In this document: positions 10,176 to 20,000 of the stretch, piece by piece
Layout: every line of letters starts with the position of its first letter
Position numbering within the stretch: the stretch's first letter is position 1
DNA from: a virus
Reading direction: 5' to 3' (one strand)
IMG/VR virus record: IMGVR_UViG_3300013093_000022
Span: 32,001-96,000 of that record
Length of the DNA: 64,000 nt
Position numbers and translations under genes: made by a program
The notes under the pieces: model-generated
The model's input: only the letters and a program-made list of their open reading frames with translations
The model's database searches: none
What the model was told of the DNA's origin: nothing

Positions 10176-10215
10176 GTCTTTTCTCCTTCTTCATGCGAAC
10201 GTCTTGTAACAGGTA

Positions 10216-10243
10216 TAACAGAGGGGTCTGACAGATTATTCCC
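10216..10243 (-). promoter_or_regulatory. ECF sigma (SigH/SigE-type) promoter copy 1
   Basis: GGGAAT-AATCTGTCAGACCCCTCT(18)-GTTA. Confidence 0.7.
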
Positions 10244-10253
10244 AATCAAGCAA

Positions 10254-10284
10254 AGAAAAACCCCGCCGGTTTCCCGACGGGGCC
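10254..10284 (-). terminator. intrinsic terminator after lsr2
   Basis: minus strand CCCCGTCGG-GAAA-CCGGCGGGG followed by TTTTTCTTT. Confidence 0.85.
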
Positions 10285-10346
10285 TCCCTCCCTCCACAGG
10301 CGCTCCGCCCTGCAATGCGGAGCATGGTATTCGGAGGGAATCCTCT

Positions 10347-10718
10347 CTAGCTGGCCGAGAACAGCGTCCGGCTGCCCGGCTTGGCCTTGGGCGCGTGGCC
10401 GGTACCGGCGAGCCGGTCGTAGGCGGCGACCACCTCGAGCGGGATCTTGCCGTACTTGGACACGGCGTAGCCGTGGCTGTTGGCCCACTCGCGCTGCTGG
10501 CGCAACTGCTCGGCGTCGTTGCGGGCCTTCTGCTTGGCCGACACCGGACTCTGCCGGAGGCGGGCGACCGCGAGGAAGGGGGCCAGTGCCCCTTCAAGCG
10601 ACTGCAGGTTCTCCGGGCCGAGGTCGATCGTGTAGACCCGGTCGTCGACCGCGATGGTGTGGGACTCGACCCCCTCGGAACCGCCGTCAAGATCGTCAAA
10701 GATCATCGTGCGTTCCAT
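10347..10718 (-). CDS. lsr2: Lsr2-like nucleoid-associated protein
   Basis: DDLDG, YTIDL..EN...L..AL.PF, REWA..GY.VS..GKIP..VV.AY. Confidence 0.9.
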   Translation of the reverse strand: MERTMIFDDLDGGSEGVESHTIAVDDRVYTIDLGPENLQSLEGALAPFLAVARLRQSPVSAKQKARNDAEQLRQQREWANSHGYAVSKYGKIPLEVVAAYDRLAGTGHAPKAKPGSRTLFSAS

Positions 10719-10767
10719 GTACAGTACCTCCTGGTTATGTCCGGATCTTTCTTTCGGAACTAAGACC

Positions 10768-10796
10768 AGTATGAGCAGATGTCAAGTCTGTGTCAA
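10768..10796 (-). promoter_or_regulatory. SigA-like promoter for lsr2
   Basis: TTGACA-17 nt-CATACT; a second TTGACA lies 11 nt downstream. Confidence 0.6.
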
Positions 10797-10869
10797 CAAG
10801 AAAATAAATTAGAAAAGTACGGAAAACCCCCGGAAAGCTCTGTTCACGCAGTTGGAGGCATGTCGGTGT

Positions 10870-11091
10870 TCACCCGATCACAAGCCGCTGCAGGGCGATC
10901 GCCAGCGACACGGCCAGCATCTCCCCGTGCTTCAACAGGTCGCCGCACGAGCAGGAGGACGGGGACAGCATGGCCGTGATCTCGTCGAAGGTGACCGGTG
11001 AGCCCTTCGCGGCGGCCGACCTCAACACCCCCAGCAGCTCGTCGAAGGCGCTGATCCTGTCGCACAGCTCGTCCACCGCATGGTTCATCAA
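10870..11091 (-). CDS. hypothetical protein
   Basis: 73 aa ORF, RBS GGAGAGGG. Confidence 0.6.
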   Translation of the reverse strand: MMNHAVDELCDRISAFDELLGVLRSAAAKGSPVTFDEITAMLSPSSCSCGDLLKHGEMLAVSLAIALQRLVIG

Positions 11092-11164
11092 CGTCCCTCT
11101 CCCGCATGGCTTTTCAGTGAAGTGTAGTTTATATCACAAAGGCCCGACAACGCCAAGGGCATCC

Positions 11165-11368
11165 TCACCCCTTCTCGAGGCAGGCCGCTGAACTGCGCTT
11201 TCCGAACATCCTCTGCGTGTCCGGGACCGGCACCAAGACAGTGCACTTCCGGCACCGGGCCCACACCACCTCATCGCCCGGGACCTCGTTCACCAGGAAC
11301 TCCCGGGTTCCCCGGCAGTGTCGACACGGCCCCCGGAAGCTCCAGGCCAGGTTGCGCGACGCGCCCAT
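11165..11368 (-). CDS. small Zn-finger protein
   Basis: CRHC...CRKC. Confidence 0.55.
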   Translation of the reverse strand: MGASRNLAWSFRGPCRHCRGTREFLVNEVPGDEVVWARCRKCTVLVPVPDTQRMFGKRSSAACLEKG

Positions 11369-11730
11369 CAGGCCGGGGTTGCCGACTCGTGCTGGAGCCT
11401 CACGATCTCATCGGTGACGAGCCTCTTCTCCAGGTAGCTCATCGACTCGAAAAGCTCCTCGCCGTGGTGCCAGACCGACAGGACCAGGATCACCGAGTGG
11501 GCCAGCGCGCCGACCGGCAGCCTGCCCTCGCCCTCCTCCAGGCCGGCCAGGGCGAGCCGGAAGGCCTCGGGTGCGTTGACCCCGGCGCTGGACATGATCG
11601 ACTCGGCGTGGTCGCACAGCCCCTCGACCATGTTGAGCCAGTGGCGCGTGGCGTCCCGGTCCTCAGGGTCCTCAATCTGGGATACCTGAGACCTCTGGGA
11701 CTGCCAGAAGTCCTCGTTGGCGACGATCAT
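11368..11730 (-). CDS. hypothetical protein
   Basis: 120 aa ORF, RBS GGGGAG. Confidence 0.7.
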   Translation of the reverse strand: MIVANEDFWQSQRSQVSQIEDPEDRDATRHWLNMVEGLCDHAESIMSSAGVNAPEAFRLALAGLEEGEGRLPVGALAHSVILVLSVWHHGEELFESMSYLEKRLVTDEIVRLQHESATPA

Positions 11731-11744
11731 CTACTCCCCTATAA

Positions 11745-12030
11745 GGCTCACTTAACAATCCTATGGCTCAACCGCAGACTACTGGGGCTAACCACAGAAA
11801 CTACAGTTGACTTAAGTAAAAACGCAGACAAATCCTGAAGGAAAAAAAAACACAGAAACCGCAGACACAAACAGCGGTAAACAAACCAAACAACAGTACT
11901 CCAATACATCCTATAGTAACCAAAGTAAAGTCACTTAACTAAGATATCTTAGTACTTACATAAAAGACTTATATACATCCCTGGCTGTGTTTTCAGAAAA
12001 CACCCAAATTAAAAACACTTCTAGCCCCGT
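11745..12030. other. AT-rich intergenic region, candidate replication origin
   Basis: A-rich strand skew, repeats (A)ACC(G/A)CAGA, 16-bp palindrome ACTAAGATATCTTAGT 11938-11953, inverted repeat GTGTTTTC-A-GAAAACAC 11987-12003. Confidence 0.5.
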
Positions 12031-12037
12031 GTCTTGA

Positions 12038-12493
<456 letters not shown>

Positions 12494-12569
12494 GAACACC
12501 CCTGGGAGGCCTCCAAGCACACCGGGCGATCCCCGACCGCTCTGGGGGCCTCTCAGGGGCCCTTAACCG

Positions 12570-12797
12570 CTACCGCTCGGCGAGCGCCTTCAGCCGGTCG
12601 ACACGAAGGCCCGACCAGTGGTCGTCGCCGGCCACCACGACCGGCAGAGCCTGGTAGCCCATCTCGGCCACGACCCGCATCGCCTCGTCCGACTCGGTCA
12701 CGTCCACGACGTCGTAGTCGAGACCCGCCTTGTCGAGAACCCGGTACGTCATCCTGCAGGCCTGGCAGGCGGGCTTGGTGTAGACGGTGATACTCAT
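12570..12797 (-). CDS. nrdH: NrdH-like glutaredoxin
   Basis: ITVYTKPACQAC...LPVV..GDDHWSG. Confidence 0.93.
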   Translation of the reverse strand: MSITVYTKPACQACRMTYRVLDKAGLDYDVVDVTESDEAMRVVAEMGYQALPVVVAGDDHWSGLRVDRLKALAER

Positions 12798-12869
12798 GTC
12801 GCTCCTCGGCGTCGGGGGGATCGGCGGCGGTCGCCACCTACACTAGAAAGTGATGCCAAAACCGGAAGG

Positions 12870-13046
12870 CTAGTGGGACGGATCCCGTGTGGCCCAGATC
12901 CGGTCCGTCACCCCGGGCTGCCGCAGGTACAGATGGCACCGAGCAGAGCATTTCGTCGGCCACACCCCGTGCTGGCCGGGGCCGCACACCAGGACACCGG
13001 CTTCATACTGCGGCAAAGTCTGTGTCTTGACGCAGTCAAATGTCAC
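12870..13046 (-). CDS. small Cys/His-containing hypothetical protein
   Basis: GTGA-coupled to upstream gene. Confidence 0.45.
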   Translation of the reverse strand: MTFDCVKTQTLPQYEAGVLVCGPGQHGVWPTKCSARCHLYLRQPGVTDRIWATRDPSH

Positions 13047-13388
13047 CGGGGCAGGTAGTCCTGGTTCTGAATCGGGTCGACGTCGATCCAGCCCGGGGCG
13101 TCGAAGATGATCGGCTGCTCGAGCCTGTTCGACCCGGCCTGCATGTCCTGGATCGGCCCGTAGCAGAACACCAGGTGGGTGTAGACACCCTTCGGGACAT
13201 AGACCCGGGCGTTGCCTACAACTTGATCGGCCTCGGTCCGCCAAAAGATCTGCCCCCGCTCGTACCCGGGCTCACCGAAGGGCTCGTTCACCGGCGAAGG
13301 TCCCGGTCCCGGGTCGCCCGTTGACAGGCCCAAATAGGTCGGCCACACCGACACCTGTAACACGCCGTAATTGCTCACGTTGCACATG
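13043..13388 (-). CDS. paralogue of small virion/fibre protein at 57735
   Basis: YLGLSTGDPG..E..G.PGYER..W..VPKGVYTH; exact start uncertain. Confidence 0.6.
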
Positions 13389-13393
13389 ATCCC

Positions 13394-13426
13394 AAAGGAC
13401 CCCCGGGAACACAATCCCGGGGGCCC
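13394..13426 (-). terminator. probable terminator hairpin after DUF932 gene
   Basis: CCCCCGGGA-N6-TCCCGGGGG followed by CCTTT on minus strand. Confidence 0.55.
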
Positions 13427-13443
13427 AATGGTGTCGGAGCGGG

Positions 13444-14502
13444 TTAGCTGTTGACCAGCAGCGACCACGCATCCGACTTCATGCCGCCCGACGTCGAGGC
13501 CATCGCCAGGGTCCGTGCGGCCCGCAGACCGCTCTCGACCTCGGCGTTGCCACGGCCGCCCTTGACGGTCTGGAAGTGGTCGACGTACTCGGTGACCGCG
13601 TTGAACGCCGCGTACTTGGTACCGGCGATCGCCGTGCCCTTGATGGTCGGCGACTCCACGAACAGCTTGTGGATCGCGCCAGCCTCGTTGCGGCGGCGGG
13701 TCTCGGTCGCCGAACCCGGCTCGGCCTTGCCCAACTCGACCAACTCCTGGGCGAAGGCCGACATGTCGTCCGAGGTGAACGGCTGCTCAAACAGGGCACG
13801 GGCCTCGGCCTCGAACGCCTCCTCGTACGCGAACGCCAGCCTCAGGGCCTCACGGGCCTCCTGGACCGAGTTCCGGTATCCGCTGGTGTGGCGGACCGAG
13901 AACTTGTTCTTCGCGCCCTGGATGGCGAACGAGGCGGTGTTGGCGCACACGACCCGGACGGTCGTGGTGATGCCGAACATCGTTGACGAGCCGTCGTGGG
14001 AGTTGAACAGCGCCAGGTACCAGTCCGTCCGGTCGGCCCGGCCGTCCAGGTCGGTCAGCACCATGTGCTTCGGAAGCTGCATGGTGATGAACGTCTGCGA
14101 GTAGTTCCGCAGCGAACCGGCGGTCTCGAAGTGGGCACCGCCCTCGTCGACGATCGCGTTGGCGAACTCGGTCATCGCCTCGTTCTGGATCGGGGTGTAC
14201 CGCTCGCCGACGACGCCGATCGGGGTGACCTTCCCGTCGATCGGGTTGTCGAACACGGTGGCGTACTGGCCCGGCACGACCAGGCCACGGCACTCGCCGC
14301 CGTCCTCGCGGATGTCGGCCCAGACCGGGCGCTTGCGGACGTTCCAGTTGGCCAGGTAGGCCGACTTGAGCGCCTCCTCGGCGGTCATGGCGTGGCCGAC
14401 CGGGGTTCCGAGCCGGTGCCAGGCGTCGACCCGGCCGTCGGCCCCGACACGGGAGTCGGCGAAGGTGTAGACACCGTCGGTGTTGCTGATTTCGTGGGAC
14501 AT
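13444..14502 (-). CDS. DUF932 phage/plasmid-like protein
   Basis: AWHRLG, GVVGERYTPIQN, FETAGSL, LFNSHDGS, VRVVCANT, RHT, GTKYAAFNAVTEYVDH; start reassigned to ATG 14502. Confidence 0.9.
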   Translation of the reverse strand: MSHEISNTDGVYTFADSRVGADGRVDAWHRLGTPVGHAMTAEEALKSAYLANWNVRKRPVWADIREDGGECRGLVVPGQYATVFDNPIDGKVTPIGVVGERYTPIQNEAMTEFANAIVDEGGAHFETAGSLRNYSQTFITMQLPKHMVLTDLDGRADRTDWYLALFNSHDGSSTMFGITTTVRVVCANTASFAIQGAKNKFSVRHTSGYRNSVQEAREALRLAFAYEEAFEAEARALFEQPFTSDDMSAFAQELVELGKAEPGSATETRRRNEAGAIHKLFVESPTIKGTAIAGTKYAAFNAVTEYVDHFQTVKGGRGNAEVESGLRAARTLAMASTSGGMKSDAWSLLVNS

Positions 14503-14544
14503 TTTTCTCCTTCTAGGTGGGTTGTGCGGTCTTGCTGAACGGTA

Positions 14545-14571
14545 CAACTGGGCACCGACAGCTTTTATTCC
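14545..14571 (-). promoter_or_regulatory. ECF-type promoter copy 2
   Basis: GGAAT-AAAAGCTGTCGGTGCCCA(18)-GTTG. Confidence 0.7.
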
Positions 14572-14590
14572 TAGATCTGAGAAAAGTTTC

Positions 14591-14899
14591 TTACGGCGTC
14601 TGGGCGGGCCCCCAGGGCGGGGTCGGGCCCGAGCCGGGGTAGCCGGGTGCCAGCCAGCCACCGGCACCCCCGATGCCGGGCACCGGCTGGGGCACGTTCG
14701 GCGGCTTGGCCGCGAAAGGGATCTGCGGCACGTTGCCCGCGAACGGCACCCACGGCTCGCACCCCTTGACCCACGGGAACACCGACGACACCCCGGGCAG
14801 GTTCGACGGCCCGCACATGTCGGCGCTGGCCTCCGGGTCCTGGAAGAGGATCGACGCGCACGCCAGTGCGGCCACGAACCACGCCACACGCGGCGTCAC
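14591..14899 (-). CDS. small secreted Pro/Gly-rich protein
   Basis: hydrophobic signal ending EASA, two Cys in mature part, Pro-rich tail. Confidence 0.6.
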   Translation of the reverse strand: MTPRVAWFVAALACASILFQDPEASADMCGPSNLPGVSSVFPWVKGCEPWVPFAGNVPQIPFAAKPPNVPQPVPGIGGAGGWLAPGYPGSGPTPPWGPAQTP

Positions 14900-15129
14900 G
14901 ACTGCGCCCTTCCCAATTCTCGGTACACCGACACCAGCCGCTTCAGGGCGGTCGCCAACAGGATGCTGATGACCAGTTCGTTCTCCTCGCTGTCCAGGCT
15001 TTCCGGTTTCCTCTGGATCGTCTTGGCCAGCGAGAAGATGTTGATCTTCTCGGTGCCCATCAGGGCACCCACCATGCGGTCGATCTGGTGGTCGGCGTAG
15101 TCGATCATCTCCCGGTCCCCCATGGCCAT
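14896..15129 (-). CDS. hypothetical protein
   Basis: coupled ORF MAMGDREMIDYADH... Confidence 0.55.
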   Translation of the reverse strand: MAMGDREMIDYADHQIDRMVGALMGTEKINIFSLAKTIQRKPESLDSEENELVISILLATALKRLVSVYRELGRAQS

Positions 15130-15374
15130 CAGTTGCCGCCGTACGGTCCGCCGTAGGGTCCGTAGCTGTGGCCGCCCGGGCCCGAGTCGCCGGGCAGGGG
15201 GTAGGGCAGCAGGCCCGGGACCGGGCGGGGCATCCACGGCCCGCACATCGAGTGCGCGGCGTCGTAGTTGTTCCCGGCACCGCAGTACGGGTCGGCGTGG
15301 GCGTGGCCGGACGACACGGTCAGCGCGGCGAAAGCTCCGAGCGCCAACAGGAACAGGTGGATCCTCGTGGTCAT
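15129..15374 (-). CDS. small secreted Pro/Gly/Tyr-rich protein
   Basis: MTTRIHLFLLALGAFAALTVSSGHAHA|DPYC..C. Confidence 0.65.
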   Translation of the reverse strand: MTTRIHLFLLALGAFAALTVSSGHAHADPYCGAGNNYDAAHSMCGPWMPRPVPGLLPYPLPGDSGPGGHSYGPYGGPYGGN

Positions 15375-15613
15375 TTCTTGCCTCTCTTGGTTTTGTGACG
15401 AACCTTGAACTCCGTGGGCGGCCACCGCAGCCCCGACCTCCGGGCCTGCGATATGAGGTTGCGTACCGCCCGGACGTCGGACGGGGTGCCGGCCGCGATC
15501 ACGATCGGCCGGGTCGGGTCGGGCGGCACGAGCCGGATGTGCAGCTTCCCCGTCTGAGACACCGCCCAACCCTGTTCCCGGGCCGCCCTGATGACCTCCT
15601 CAAGGCCTTTCAC
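15371..15613 (-). CDS. HicA-like toxin
   Basis: IRAAREQGWAVSQTGKLHIRLVPP...GTPSD.RA.RN...RRSGL. Confidence 0.7.
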   Translation of the reverse strand: MKGLEEVIRAAREQGWAVSQTGKLHIRLVPPDPTRPIVIAAGTPSDVRAVRNLISQARRSGLRWPPTEFKVRHKTKRGKK

Positions 15614-15748
15614 GGCGGTCCCCCACGACATAGGGCCCAAAGTCGGGAACCAGGCGTCCCTCCAGGACTTCGTCCGCGAGCCGCTCGACCTCGCGCTGGA
15701 GCTCCGGAATCATGCTTGCCTCCTGCGTAGTGGATGGTACAACCGCTC

Positions 15749-15776
15749 CAACGCAGGGGGTGCCCGGCTTATTCCC
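15749..15776 (-). promoter_or_regulatory. ECF-type promoter copy 3
   Basis: GGGAAT-AAGCCGGGCACCCCCTGC(18)-GTTG. Confidence 0.65.
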
Positions 15777-16041
15777 GGTCGGGCTCCCACGGGTCGGGCT
15801 CCCGGTACTCCTGGTACAGGAACCTCGGGTTGTGGAACCGTGCGTTGCCGAGGTAGAAGTACTTGGCGTCGGGGTTCTCATTGAAGAACTTCTCAACCTC
15901 GGCGTTCACCGCTGCGTCCCCTGTCATGAAGGTGATGTTGACCGACCTCCGGTCGACGAGCCCCCGCCCGAGGGTGATGCCCCGGGCGTGCCTTACGAGT
16001 GGGGGAATCCCCATTAGTGCCAGCCCTAAGACAATCAGCAT
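15769..16041 (-). CDS. hypothetical membrane-anchored protein
   Basis: N-terminal hydrophobic stretch; RBS GGAGAGG. Confidence 0.6.
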   Translation of the reverse strand: MLIVLGLALMGIPPLVRHARGITLGRGLVDRRSVNITFMTGDAAVNAEVEKFFNENPDAKYFYLGNARFHNPRFLYQEYREPDPWEPDRE

Positions 16042-16154
16042 AGTCCTCTCCGATCACTGTTGCGAGTACCGAGTGCCTGTGTCAACATAGGTGTGGGGTT
16101 TTTTATGCCCCGCCTGTGGTGGAAGAGTGAGAGAATATGGACAGGGAGCGAATC

Positions 16155-16283
16155 ATGGGAGACATCGGAACAAATCCCCGCCGGGTAGAGGTCATCCCGA
16201 TCACCAAGCCGGTCCGGCAACCCGCCCCGACCACCCCCGCCCGCCCGGTCCCGGAACCGGTTCGGGAACCCGCCCCCGTGTGA
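16155..16283 (+). CDS. 42-aa Pro-rich peptide
   Basis: MGDIGTNPRRVEVIPITKPVRQPAPTTPARPVPEPVREPAPV; RBS AGGGAG; GTGA overlap with next gene; below ORF-track cutoff. Confidence 0.65.
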   Translation: MGDIGTNPRRVEVIPITKPVRQPAPTTPARPVPEPVREPAPV

Positions 16284-16774
16284 CCCTGGAGGTCGGGCGG
16301 CACGCTCTCCGGACCTTCGCGATGCGCCGGACCCCTGCCGCCCAGCGTTACCTGAGCTCGACGAACATCGTCGTTCCCGGACAGTACGCCTGGCTCAGGG
16401 ACGGGACGTGCCGGGCCCGGTGCCACACCTTCAGAGGGCCCCATGCGTCGCCGTCATTGGAGTGCTGCTGCGGCATCTACGGGTCTCTGTCTTTGGACAA
16501 CCTGGTCCGCCAGTACCCCTATGAGACGTCGAATCTGATCGCGGTCATCGCCGTCGAGGGCCAGACCATCATCGGCAGCCGGGGTCTGCGGACCGAGTGC
16601 GCCCGTGTCGTCGCCTGGTGGTCGAGGTGGGGCAAGTACCGCAGGCAGGCCAGGAGGCAGTTCGTCGGTGCCGACCAGTACCGGCACATCGACTCAATGC
16701 TGTACAGGTATGGCTTGCCGAGGGAGATCGACGAGCCCGAAGAGGAAGACGACCAGGGGAGGTATTGGGCGTGA
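16280..16774 (+). CDS. Cys/His-motif hypothetical protein (H.SP..ECCCGIYG; G.RGLR)
   Basis: GTG start coupled to peptide stop. Confidence 0.7.
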   Translation: MTLEVGRHALRTFAMRRTPAAQRYLSSTNIVVPGQYAWLRDGTCRARCHTFRGPHASPSLECCCGIYGSLSLDNLVRQYPYETSNLIAVIAVEGQTIIGSRGLRTECARVVAWWSRWGKYRRQARRQFVGADQYRHIDSMLYRYGLPREIDEPEEEDDQGRYWA

Positions 16775-17010
16775 CGGAAAAAGTTCGGCGCTTCTTGTGG
16801 AGCACGGGGATCGTCTTCACGTCGTGGCTCCAGAACCTGGCCTACTGCCTGGTCGCGTTCCTCTTCGGTGTCTTCACGATCACGCAGGCCGTCTTCTTCG
16901 TCGTCGTCGGCGGCGACTTCTCAGCGGCGGTCCCGATGGCGATGGGGATGTTCTTCGTGGTCTGGTACGGGTTCGGGGCGGTCGTCAGTTGGCGGCGCAG
17001 GGAGCTCTAG
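16771..17010 (+). CDS. small membrane protein
   Basis: 2-3 hydrophobic helices. Confidence 0.6.
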   Translation: MTEKVRRFLWSTGIVFTSWLQNLAYCLVAFLFGVFTITQAVFFVVVGGDFSAAVPMAMGMFFVVWYGFGAVVSWRRREL

Positions 17011-20000
17011 CGCAGGTACCTCGGGGTCAGGGTCATCCCGTAGGCCCACGAGTCGGGGTTGTAGACCTGGACGTTCAGGCTGAACCTGTCAACGGGGGTC
17101 GAGCAGCTAACGCTCGCGTTGTCGGCGTACACCAAGGGTGTGACGTCGAAGTCGAAGGCGCTCGAGTCGCCCAGTTGCAGGAAGTACCGAATCCCGGCCA
17201 CGTTGCAGTACAGGTTTGACAGGTAGATCTCGTCGGCGGCGTCGCCGCTCGTCAGGAACTCCAGGGTGTAGACCTGGTCGAGTGTGCTGGGCAACTCAAA
17301 GAATTGGGTCTGGTAGGTGTACCAGTAGCCGACCAGGGGGGTGAAGGTCTCGGTGTGGACCGTGACCCCGTCCGACACACGTCGCAGCGTCAACGTGATC
17401 TGATTGTTGTTGCCGTTGGGCTTGTAGAAGACGCAGCCGAGTTGGCACAGCTCCTCGGCCATCATGTTCACCTGCTGGGTGACGAAGATACCGGCGTTTC
17501 CCGCACCGGCTGCCCTAGTGAAGTGTACGGCCCGGTTGCCCTGGAAGATCAGGTTCGGGTCGAGGGAGATGGACACCTCCCCTATCGGCTCGCCCCACTG
17601 GACGTTCGGGTCGTCCCACGCGCCGAACGTGTCGTTCCAGTTCCCCGACGGCAGGATGCTCGGGTAGGTGGTCACGTACGGGGCGAGTTGCAGGTTGTCG
17701 ATGTTGGTGTCGAGCGGGTCTAGCCGGGCCCACATGCTGTCGCTGTTCATCAGGCCGGAGTCGCTGACCTTGACGCCCATGTCCGAGAACTTGGTTGACG
17801 TGGTGTGGGTCGTCCCCAGCATCCCGACGATCCCCTCGGCCGGGGATATCTGCACGTTGTCGAAGTTGACCCTCCCGGTGCTCGCCTCGTTGGTGACGTT
17901 CAGCGACAGGGCCAGGTGGTCGACCCCCGAGTCGGGCACCGTGTAGCTGCCGACGAGCTTGACGAACGATCCGCTTGACTTCCGGTCGATGTTGACGACC
18001 GTGCCGTACCTGGTCAGGCTCCAGTTGCTGAAGCTGGACGCCGGGGTGTTGACCAGCTTGTAGGTCCCTTGGTCGTTGCCGGACAGGATCGTGCAGTTCT
18101 GGCCGACCGTCGCCCCCGACGGCATGCTGTTCCGGTCGGCGGCGGTGTAGTCCCCGGGGAACACGAACGGGAACGTGTCCGGGAGACCCCCGACGGCGAG
18201 ACCCTGCATCGAGAACTCAATCGGGACGCCCGACGCGGGGACGAACGAGAACGGGAAGGTCGCCTCGCCGAACACGTCGGTGCCGGTGAGGTTCTCGTAG
18301 GTGAGCCCGGTCATCGTGATCTCGGGCAGGATTTCCGACCCCACGACCTCGCCGATCTGGGCGGTCAGGGAGCCGCCGCCCGTGAGGGTGGTGTAGTAGC
18401 GGTCCAGGGTCCGGGTTTCCGCCCGGAGGCCGCCCTGGCCTCGGAGGGCGATGCAGTGGCGGGGGCCGGTCCTGATCTCGGCCCTCAAGGCCCCGCTGCC
18501 CCGCAGGGACGTGTAGACGTTTTCCTCGCCGAAGAAGAACGGAAAGGTCTCAGGGAAGTTGTCGCCGGGGAATGCCGCCGGGAGCGTGACCGGGAAGTCG
18601 TCGACCCGTCGGGAGCCCTGGCCGGAGCGCACACCGGCCGAGAGGAGGCCTCGGCCGCTGAAGGGCACTAGGTGTTGGCCGAGGGCCTCGGCGGCCGCTG
18701 AGAGGCGGCCCAGGCCCGGGAACGGAACCTGGTTCTGACCGAGGGCGCGGATCGCCGCCGACAACCGCCCCACGCCCGACACCCCTCCCCCGAAGCCGTT
18801 GCCCAGGACGATGTCCGACCACGACACCCAGGCCGAGACGATGACCTGGTCGCCGGGCTCGACCGGGACCGGATTCGACACCAAGCTCCCGGCGACCGCG
18901 CCGCACGTGTAGAGCGCCGAAGCCTGGCCGCTGGAGTAGCCCAGGCCGCCGGTCGGGCTCCACGACCAAGGGCCGGTCGCGGTCCATGAGTCAAGGTTGG
19001 AAAGGAACTTGGGGTTGGGAACCGGGTAGGGGCTCCCGGCGGTGGTGACCGGCCCGCTCGGGAGTTGGGTCAGGGTCGGCGAGCCGTCGCTGCGGGTTCC
19101 GTACGTGAAGGTCACCGGGTCGTACCGGTCGTACTTGAACTGCAGCGGGTCGCTCCCTGAGATGTAGTCGGTGACGTAGGCCGAGACGCCGTTCATCCCG
19201 GCGAAGTAGGCGACGGCGGCGGTCATGGTGAGCGTGTTCTGCTGGTAGCGGTGAACCACGTCGCCGGTGAACCGGACCCGGGTCGTGGTCGACGGGGGGC
19301 GGTACAGGATGGTGCCGACCGCGTTGCCGATCGCTTGGGCCTGCTGGCCGATGTAGCCGGCCGTGCCCTGGACGACGCCGAGGGTCCCTTGGACGTCGTT
19401 GGCGGCACCGGTGATGAAGTTCATGACCGAAGCGGGCATCTTGAAGTTCAGGCCCGGGAACAGCCACCAGTCCTGGCCGATCTGGGCGGTCACGTTGCTG
19501 GCGCTGGTGGTCGTCACCGGCGAGAACGCTTGGGCCACTTGGGTCGAGACCGCGCCCGTCGCGGGCTGCAGGGTCTGGCCGGGAGGCCCGGACGAGATGA
19601 CCGCCAGGTTCTGCCCGGCCAGCGACGAGGCGCTCGGCAGGGTCCGGTAGTAGATCGACGGCGACGAGGCCTCGGTCCGGTAGCTGGCCGACACGTTGGA
19701 CTGGGAGACGTTCGGCAGGGTGTTGACGACCGTGCCGGGGCCGGTCTGCACGACCACCGGCTGTTGGGTGACGCCGAAGTTGGCGTTGATCGCGTTCTGG
19801 ATCGTCTGCGGGTTGAACCAGTTCAGGCTGCCGCTGGTGACGGTGCTGACCAGGTCGGAGCCGATCGTGAGCAGCGTGCTGGCGGCCTCTTGGGCGACGC
19901 CGAGGATCCCCTCGGCGGGGGTCGTTGACTGCTGGGTGACGGTGATCGGGAACGAGTCGTAGGTGACCTGCACCCCTTGGTCGTACACCGGGTACGGCTC

